From the NCBI GenBank assembly GCA_030141605.1, contig JAQGDQ010002371.1:763707-827706 (forward strand): a DNA stretch of 64,000 nucleotides, written 5' to 3'. Source of the DNA: Tubiluchus corallicola (lineage: Eukaryota > Animalia > Priapulida). Positions 54,292 through 64,000 of the stretch are shown one piece after another. Below the pieces are notes generated by a model. That model worked only from the letters and a program-made list of their open reading frames with translations. It was not told the DNA's origin and ran no database searches. Positions within the stretch are counted from its first letter, which is position 1. Each line of letters starts with the position of its first letter. Position numbers and translations under genes: made by a program.

Positions 54292-57200
54292 GTGCTCACA
54301 GTCATCAAGGAAAACCCAAATATTTGCAAGCAAATTCACCTGCCAGCACAGAGTGGAAACTCAACAGTATTGACTGCAATGCGCAGAGGATACACTAGAG
54401 ACACCTATATAGACTTAGTCCATCATATTCGAAGTATTCTGCCAGGTAACTGTTATTGTCTGTTCATAGGTTATTGTGTTATGTTACAGTGTCTTAATGG
54501 CAGTGTGGTTTATCATATCACATTCACAGTATGCTGGCCTAAAATCTGGACTATTGTGTTTCTTTCACAAATTTGTTAAGTAATATTAATTTGCTGTTAT
54601 ATATGTTCTTATATTCATTTTTAATCATAATTAAAACATATTTTGTTGTGAAATAAATGAGTTACTAATAATAACTAATAATAATAAATAATAATTATTT
54701 AAATTCACCAGCCTAGAACAATAATGATAGTAAAGTGGTTAGTCATTTCTAAAACAACTTTTGATAATTTTTTCCACAAATTCTTTTCGTTTTTGCAGAA
54801 CAAAATGACTTTATAGGAAAAAAACATTTATTAAGTTTTAAACGAACCGTTAAAGAACTCGTATGTGTGTGTGTTACTTCTTAACATGGCTTCAAATTTT
54901 GTAATCGTATGTGTGTGTTACTTCTTAACATGGCTTCAAATTTTGTAATCGTATGTGTGTGTGTTACTTCTTAACATGGCTTCAAATTTTGTAATCGTAT
55001 GTGTGTGTTACTTCTTAACATGGCTTCAAATTTTGTAATCGTATGTGTGAGTTACTTCTTAACATGGCTTCAAATTTTGTAATCGTATGTGTGTGTTACT
55101 TCTTAACATGGCTTCAAATTTTGTAATCGTATGTGAGTGTTACTTCTTAACATGGCTTCAAATTTTCTAATGTCTTTTTCAGGTGTTTTTTTATCAAGTG
55201 ACTTCATCTGTGGTTTTTGTAACGAGACTGAAGAGGCTCACGAAGACACGCTGTCGCTTATTCGGCTAGTCAAATACAATTTTTGCTACATGTTTCCATT
55301 TAGTTTGAGAAAGGTGGGTGAAAAAATGAAGAAAAACAGAGAAATGTAGAGATTGGCTAGAAGTATGAAGTGTTTTACGGTTGCCAACACCCGACCACTT
55401 AAGTATGACTGACTCGTAGTGTCACTTGTTTGGCAACTCGTTATCTTAATTTAGTGTTTATGAATTTATTTAAAAGCACTGATTAGCAGGGCCTATTTCA
55501 TGGGGCGGGGGAGTGGGGATACTTCCCTGGGCCCTCACCCTCCAGGGGGGCCTCACACCAAGGTAACATTTTTTTCTTTATGCGAACATACTGCCTCTTC
55601 TCTCTCTCTTGCCGCACGCGCGCCGTTTGCCAGTATTGACAAGTATTAAGGACTGGTCTTGAGAATAAAGCAGTTTTTCTTTCAACTGTTCTTTCCTTTA
55701 ACAACTGTATAACTCCATATTTTCTCTTCGAAAAAAATGCTTCTCCGGCGTTCTAGCAGTTCAAAAATTTTCTGCACGCCAACCATGATGGCACCCATGC
55801 CCCGGCGCTTCATGCCACCCCCCCCCCCCCAAGGGGGCCTCACATGCCCCACTTCCCCGGGCCTAGCTTAGGCTGAAATAGGCCCTGCTGATTGGCACCG
55901 ATTTGTGATGAAGATCGGGTGAGAAAAATGTGAGCAGAATTTCAAAGATTATTGTACAGGCATTACAGACATTTTCAGTTTTAATATTTTCTTGTAGAAG
56001 ACTCATGCATATCACAAGCTAGAAGACAACGTGCCGCAACACGTCAAGGTTCGTCGGATGCAGGAAATTCTTGATTGTTTTCGACAAGAAGCAGAGAAGT
56101 TGAATGCGCAGCTTGTTGGCTCTGAACAGCTGGTGTTAATTGAAGGAGTAAGTTGATTTTAGTAGGTGATTCAAAAAAAAATAAGAAAAACAAACCGTGG
56201 CTGCCTTAACCTAGAATGACCCAGAATTCTTTCATACATTAGCTTTATTCATTTTTTATTTTACGTAGTTAGTTAGTTAGCTAGTTATATTAGTTAGTTA
56301 GTCAGTCAGTTAGTCAGTTACTGTATATAGTTATGTACAAGTCGAATTTTTGGGAGGCGATTTTAAGGTGAAATTTTTGGGGTCGACTTATACTTACGAT
56401 ATGTTTTTTGACTTGTACCACCACTTTGCATTAGTTTACCCAGTTGCTGTGGTTGTGACTTGTACCACCACTTTGCATTAGTTTACTGTGATACACGCGT
56501 ATAGTGTGCTATTTTAAAATGTGCTGATGAAGTCTGTTGTTCTTTTACCAGACAAGTAAACGATCACAACAAGATTTATTCGGCAGAAATGACGGCGGTA
56601 CTAAAGTCATTGTACCTGACGTTGAGGTGCCCCTAGGAGTTTCCACTGAAATTCACAAACGACTAAAACCAGGAGATTATGTTGTAGTGCACGTAAGTGT
56701 TTTGTGAAATTTTTGTTGACAGTTAAGTAACATTAAACCTGTTCTGTTCTGAGCTAGAGAAACAGAGTTAATATTCATCTCTTGCTTACTGTTGAAGTTT
56801 GAACTTGTATCAGTAATTTATTGTTAAAAACTTGAACTTAAAAATTATTACTAAGAGTTGAAACTTTTCCCACTTAAACATTATCAGTGTTTTTGATCAA
56901 GCAGAAGACCTTTTATGGCATTTCATTAAAAAAAGAGCTTACATGTACCTCGCATAGGATATGAGAAAGAGCTTACATGTACCTCACATAGGATATGAGA
57001 AAGAGCTTACATGTACCTCGCATAGGATATGAGAAAGAGCTTACATGTACCTCGCATAGGATATGAGAAAGTGCTTACATGTACCTCGCATAGGATATGA
57101 GAAAGAGCTTACATGTACCTCGCATAGGATATGAGAAAGAGCTTACATGTACCTCGCATAGGATATGAGAAAGAGCTTACATGTACCTCACATAGGATAT

Positions 57201-58588
57201 GAGAAAGAGCTTACATGTACCTCGCATAGGATATGAGAAAGAGCTTACATGTACCTCGCATAGGATATGAGAAAGAGCTTACATGTACCTCGCATAGGAT
57301 ATGAGAAAGAGCTTACATGTACCTCACATAGGATATGAGAAAGAGCTTACATGTACCTCACATAGGATATGAGAAAGAGCTTACATGTACCTCACATAGG
57401 ATATGAGAAAGATCTTACATGTACCTCACATAGGATATGAGAAAGAGCTTACATGTACCTCGTGTAGTATATGAGAAAGAGCTTACATGTACCTCGCATA
57501 GGATATGAGAAAGAGCTTACATGTACCTCACATAGGATATGAGAAAGAGCTTACATGTACCTCACATAGGATATGAGAAAGAGCTTACATGTACCTCGTG
57601 TAGGATATGAGAAAGAGCTTACATGTACCTCGTGTAGTATATGAGAAAGAGCTTACATGTACCTCGCATAGGATATGAGAAAGAGCTTACATGTACCTCA
57701 CATAGGATATGAGAAAGAGCTTACATGTACCTCGCATAGGATATGAGAAAGAGCTTACATGTACCTCACATAGGATATGAGAAAGAGCTTACATGTACCT
57801 CGCATAGGATATGAGAAAGAGCTTACATGTACCTCACATAGGATATGAGAAAGAGCTTACATGTACCTCGTGTAGGATATGAGAAAGAGCTTACATGTAC
57901 CTCGCATAGGATATGAGAAAGAGCTTACATGTACCTCGCATAGGATATGAGAAAGAGCTTACATGTACCTCGTGTAGTATATGAGAAAGAGCTTACATGT
58001 ACCTTGTGTAGTATATGAGAAAGAGCTTACATGTACCTCTTGTAGTATATGAGAAAGAGCTTACATGTACCTCACATAGGATATGAGACACTCTAAATAT
58101 CGAGATTACTTTTTCAAAATAACTGGCACTGAAGACCTAAATAAAATCAACATTACAGTATTCATCTGATGGTTTAAGTCTGTGTGCATCTACACTAATA
58201 CTACAATTTTGTTCTGAATTGCATAAAGAAAGAACCAAGATGTTACTTGTATGTATGTACAAATGCTGGTTTATCCATTGAGACCAAGAAATCTCTAAAA
58301 TTGCATTGTGAATTTATAGCCTTGTTTTGAAGCACCTAACTCTGTAATGTGATTCCTTATTTAAAGTGTTTGTAAGGAAAACATGGAAGCTGGAGACATT
58401 TTTTGTCTGGCTACATTTACAACAATTTGTAATGAAAACTGTTACATTTGCAGGTGAATTCGTCTACATCACAGGTACTGAAAGCAACACCTATGTTTCA
58501 CACGACTTTGCAGGATTATTCAAGACAAAGCTATTGCAAGGAGATCTATGCATCCTATCAAACCTACATGAAGAGTAGCATTCGGTGA
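54292..58588 (+). CDS. CDK5RAP1: CDK5RAP1 / MiaB-type mitochondrial tRNA methylthiotransferase, C-terminal five exons only (236 aa: end of the radical-SAM domain plus TRAM)
   Basis: Exons 54292-54445, 55183-55313, 55998-56147, 56552-56692, 58454-58588 (TGA), all GT-AG and in frame: [109 protein letters not shown]. Confidence 0.93.
54859..55170. repeat. Intronic minisatellite, 44-46-bp unit, 7 copies
   Basis: Unit tcgtat(gt)nttacttcttaacatggcttcaaattttgtaa. Confidence 0.95.
55487..55887. mobile_element. hAT-type MITE, 401 bp
   Basis: 14-bp perfect TIR cagggcctatttca/tgaaataggccctg; 8-bp TSD ctgattag/ctgattgg. Confidence 0.88.
56319..56486. mobile_element. Tigger/mariner-like MITE end fragment followed by a 31-bp direct repeat
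   Basis: tactgtatat..acaagtcgaatttttggg..gggtcgacttatac; tgacttgtaccaccactttgcattagtttac at 56409 and 56456. Confidence 0.45.
56932..58087. repeat. Intronic minisatellite, 34-bp unit, 34 copies
   Basis: Unit aaagagcttacatgtacctcgcataggatatgag, head-to-tail with no spacers; 1156 bp = 34 x 34. Confidence 0.97.
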
Positions 58589-58970
58589 CATTACGTCGGA
58601 CTAGATCTGCAATAGCATAGCTGGTCTAATCTTTAATCTTTCAAGAATCTAGACAAAATTGCTTATGGTCACAATCAAAGGTTGATAAAATAGTTAATAT
58701 AAAATTAGTGTCCATCTTTGTCTCTGAAGGTGCCTAAAGTAGATTCACATTTTTTAGTCATCTTAAATATCGAAATTTCTTAAATTGTATAATTTCCTGA
58801 CAGATCTGCCATTTTTAAATTCGTCTGTATCATTTGAATTGAGCTGTTCGATCATTAAACTGAATTGGTTTTTGGATTTTCAAAATCAATGACAAAAAGT
58901 GACAAAATGTGGCTAATTATTATGATTACATGTACAATATTGATATAATTATTAAATAAAAACTTAATTT

Positions 58971-58974
<4 letters not shown>

Positions 58975-59011
<37 letters not shown>
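58975..59011. repeat. (TA)n microsatellite
   Basis: Seen directly. Confidence 0.9.
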
Positions 59012-59013
<2 letters not shown>

Positions 59014-59670
59014 TGATATAATTTTCATGCCTTGCAAAATTTATTGCAGGTATTGGTGCTGTATGAAGTGTCTATTGCATTTTAGAAAATAATCTACAAA
59101 TGTTCAGTAATGCAATTACACATTGAGGTGCAAAATATATTTCTTGTGCGTAACTTATACTTAAAAAAGACATAAAACAGATTACTTCTGTAAGCATTAC
59201 ATTTTAATATGTTATATCACAAGTAAAACAAGTAACATTTAGTTTCCATGTTAATTGTTGTAATTACACACCCCTGTCAGAATTTTTAATAGTAGTGACT
59301 ATAATTTGCATAATATATCATGGTGCTTTTTAATTTTTAAATAACAGTATATAATGACGTAAAAATAGTTTCATTTCAACTGATGTTTTCATCCATTTGT
59401 TAACTGCTATCACCACAGATAATTTACTATAATTATTAATTAACAGATTTACTGAAATCTGAGTCGAGTCACAACTGTTACCACAGACTATGCTTAATAT
59501 CAAACCCGGTTAACGTCTATTTACAAAGACCTTTGAAAGTAATATTTAAAATCATGCAAATTTGAACATCTGCAAATTCACAAGTTAACAAAGTTTCACC
59601 AATGTGTCGTGACATTAGTAGCGAAAGCAACGCAGTAAATTCTACAAAACTAGATTTTGTATAATCATAT

Positions 59671-60133
59671 CAGTGGAGGCTTGTGTATAGGCACTACGGA
59701 ACTGCAGCAGCCCCTGTTTTCACTCGATATTAGTGATAACATTCAACATAATGTGTCTTTCTTTCTTTATTTCTTTCTTTATATTTGTACATTATATAAT
59801 TCTTAAGTCTAATGTAAGTAGCCATTTCCTAGTCCATGGAAAAATTACAAAATCCTTGTTCGGAACTGTGTGCTTCATAGTTCCAGCGACGTGGTGTTTG
59901 GCCGTTCTGTGCATGCGGGCATGAGAACATGCCTGAGATAAGAAGCCGCACGCTAAGTAGAGAAAGCACTGTCTCTCATGCAGTGCCGACCCTGTTGTGC
60001 AAGTGTAAGGTAGTGTTTCTTTTTGACTAAATTTTGTTTTTATATGTTTGTCTCATTTTACACAGTATTAAAACATTGGTTAAAAATTTTCTGAAGCAGC
60101 GTCCACAACAATTTTAACTACAAGCCTCTACTG
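59671..60133. mobile_element. Probable MITE
   Basis: Imperfect TIR cagtggaggcttgt / acaagcctctactg; TSD not clearly preserved. Confidence 0.55.
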
Positions 60134-60328
60134 AACAGCATTGTATTCATTAACAATCAGTAAGCCTAACAATTAACTCAACCAAATATAAAATTCCAGC
60201 AAGAAATTCAGTTACATTCAGTTAAAACGGCACATTTTAAAATTATTTACTGCGAACATTAATTACTACAGTCTCCACTCATATGTTATTGTAGGTGAGA
60301 TTGAAAATTTTTTACATATAATTTACAG

Positions 60329-60696
60329 CAGGAGTGTCCAACATACGGCCCGCGGGCCAGAATCCGGCCCGCCATGCGTTTCTATCCGGCCCGCAAAGTT
60401 TCTCTTATTTGGTCAAAATTTAATAGACAGCTGCACTTGTGACCCAACTATCAGATTTGCCGGTCGTCAACAATCCATGAAGGTCACAGTCATTAACAAA
60501 CAAAAGCAGTGCCAGATTTCACATTAAACTGATCAAAAGCATGAACTTACAAGACTGTCTCTTCTAGCTTAAATGTAACATAAAATGTATTTTGTGCTTC
60601 ATTGTCTTTTTGTGGTTGTGAAATTGCTAATCCGGCCCGCAACTACTTTGAAGGTTGTACACTTGGCCCTCAGTTCAAAAAGGTTGGACACCCCTG
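60329..60696. mobile_element. hAT (Charlie-like) MITE, 368 bp
   Basis: TIR caggagtgtccaac / gttggacacccctg, subterminal cggcccgc repeats, perfect 8-bp TSD atttacag. Confidence 0.92.
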
Positions 60697-61326
60697 ATTT
60701 ACAGGTATGTGATTTTCAATTCTACTGTTGGCTACAAGTAACTTTGAAAAGCTCAAGTAGACTAAAAAAATGTAAAAATATTTTACATACAGATTTAATG
60801 CCACCCTTGACACTTATGTAAAAAATAGTTTAGTGAAAACAACTTACATATCTATGTTTTTCGTTGCTGTTCCTCATTATTATACAGTTATGCTTAATAT
60901 TGACCATTTACACATTCAAATAACCTGTAAAACTTTACTTAAGGAAGATGTTATCTGCTTCACTCAAATTTGTGCATGAAAAAACCTAAAAAGCTACTGT
61001 AAATAGCTACAATAGCTACTAAAAGTACCACAAATACAGTTACATAAATAATATAGGGAAATAGAAAGAAATTGCAAAAAAACTATAGTAATTAACTTCA
61101 TTAATTTTAGGTGTAAAATAAGATGCAGGCATAATAATAGTACAGATGAAACTTAAAAGCCACTATCATGTCGTCATAGTGACATAGAGAGGAAAAGACA
61201 AGAGTGTAATGCAGGTTAACAGGTCAGTCAATTACTAAAAATTGTAATTTGCATTATTTTTTGCTTAATCTAGCTCAGTTTTTAACTTTTCAAGTAAAAC
61301 ATGATAGCTGACTTAATACTCATGAA

Positions 61327-61935
61327 TGTGTATATCATTCTAAGCTATTTACTTTATAGATAACATTTTATCTAAAACTATTTGCCAAATAGCTAGCTAC
61401 AATGTATATCTTCACAAACAGTAACTTTGTGTATATCATTCTAAGCGATTTACTTTATAGATAACATTTTAGCTAAAACTATTTGTCAAATAGCTAGCTA
61501 CAATGTATATCTTCACAAACAATAACTTTTGTGTATATCATTCTAAGCTATTTACTTTATAGATAACATTTTAGCTAAAACTATTTGCGAAATAGCTAGC
61601 TATAATGTATATCTTCACAAACAATAACTTTTGTGTATATCATTCTAAGCTATTTACTTTATAGATAACATTTTAGCTAAAACTATTTGCGAAATAGCTA
61701 GCTACAATGTATATCTTCACAAACAATAACTTTTGTGTATATCATTCTAAGCTATTTACTTTATAGATAACATTTTAGCTAAAACTATTTGCGAAATAGC
61801 TAGCTACAATGTTTATCTTCACAAACAATAACTTTGTGTATATCATTCTAAGCTATTTACTTTATAGATAACATTTTAGCTAAAACTATTTGCGAAATAG
61901 CTAGCTACAATGTATATCTTCACAAACAATAACTT
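61327..61935. repeat. Minisatellite, 101-102-bp unit, 6 copies
   Basis: Copies start at 61327, 61428, 61530, 61632, 61734, 61835. Confidence 0.95.
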
Positions 61936-62845
61936 ATACAAAAAAATGTAAAACAAAATTAAAGTAAAATAAATGCAACAAGAGAGGGAGCAAACAAAAA
62001 CTGAAAATAGCTAAATTATAGCTACAGTAAATCTATAACAATAATTAAGTCCCTAAGAACTTTTAAAAATGAGTTTACTGAATAATTTAAATGCAAGATT
62101 TTTTATAAATTATTTACATACCTATAACACGAAATTAAATACTAGAAGTATTTATTTCTGATATGCAACAGTAAACTATCCTATCATTGTAAAGAATTTT
62201 TTGGAATGTTTTTCTATCACAAGTAAGAGATTCTATCACACATTATTATTATTATTATTATGAAAAATTTATAGCAGCTAATAGCTACAATCTATTAATA
62301 TTTCGTTTTGATATATCCTCAGCTCATCCTATTTAAAACAATTTCAGTATTTAAACTCTGTAAAGATAGGAGTAGAGCTGACACACAATACATTGGAGTA
62401 GTTTTGTTGAGACTCAAAAAGCTTGAGATAATGACTGACAAGCACCAGTCTTCTGATAAGAAGCCAGAAACGGGTCAAGAAGCCAGACTAATACTGGTTT
62501 TGCCAACCTAACAAATGAATGCATAGAAATTCGTGTGGGAAATTTGTAGCAGACAACTTAACTGCTTCACAGTCAATTTCCCTAAGAAATGTCTGACAAA
62601 CACATTTTCCAATAGTAAATAATAAACTAGATGCAGTATTCGTGTTGTTTCAAAATTGAGACTGTTTAAATCACTATGTTTATACCACTTAAAAAACGTA
62701 TAAAGAACATTATAAATTACAATATTAAAAAAAGCATTTAAATACCTACTGAAACTCTTCCCAAAAAGTCAAGTTGCAGAAATATGATTAGAAAGTGTGC
62801 CAGCTGTGTTACTGCTCTGCTTAGGCAAGCTTGCTTAAAAAATAT

Positions 62846-63982
<1,137 letters not shown>

Positions 63983-64000
63983 CTATATAGTAAGTTCCTT

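Noticed and set aside
54106-54579. 157-aa ORF as a standalone membrane protein
   Set aside because: Only 54292-54445 is exon; the hydrophobic flanks are T-rich intron read-through.
56932-58087. CRISPR-like array (34-bp period)
   Set aside because: Units are head-to-tail with no unique spacers, there are no cas genes, and it lies in a eukaryotic intron.

Overview
AT-rich animal (invertebrate-type) genomic DNA with spliceosomal GT-AG introns; it is not prokaryotic and has no CRISPR array. Left to right: (1) the 5' four coding exons of a SWEET1/SLC50A1 sugar transporter on the minus strand, running off the left edge; (2) a TE-filled spacer with a degenerate LINE and TIR elements; (3) ten in-frame plus-strand exons of an ACL4-like TPR chaperone gene, for which I found no stop-bearing exon; (4) an intronless 878-aa type I transmembrane LRR gene on the minus strand; (5) about 30 kb of non-coding DNA with a second dead LINE, MITEs, duplications and microsatellites; (6) five intact plus-strand exons encoding only the C-terminal ~236 aa of CDK5RAP1 (MiaB-type tRNA methylthiotransferase), with two intronic minisatellites; (7) an intronless mitochondrial L-threonine 3-dehydrogenase on the minus strand. 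The main oddity is that the ACL4-like gene stops at a phase-0 donor (17758) and the next plus-strand coding exon I can find, 36.5 kb later, is a phase-0 internal CDK5RAP1 exon (54292). The two half-genes therefore read as one in-frame chimera, with the LRR gene nested antisense between them. All calls come from manual reading and translation; no searches were run.
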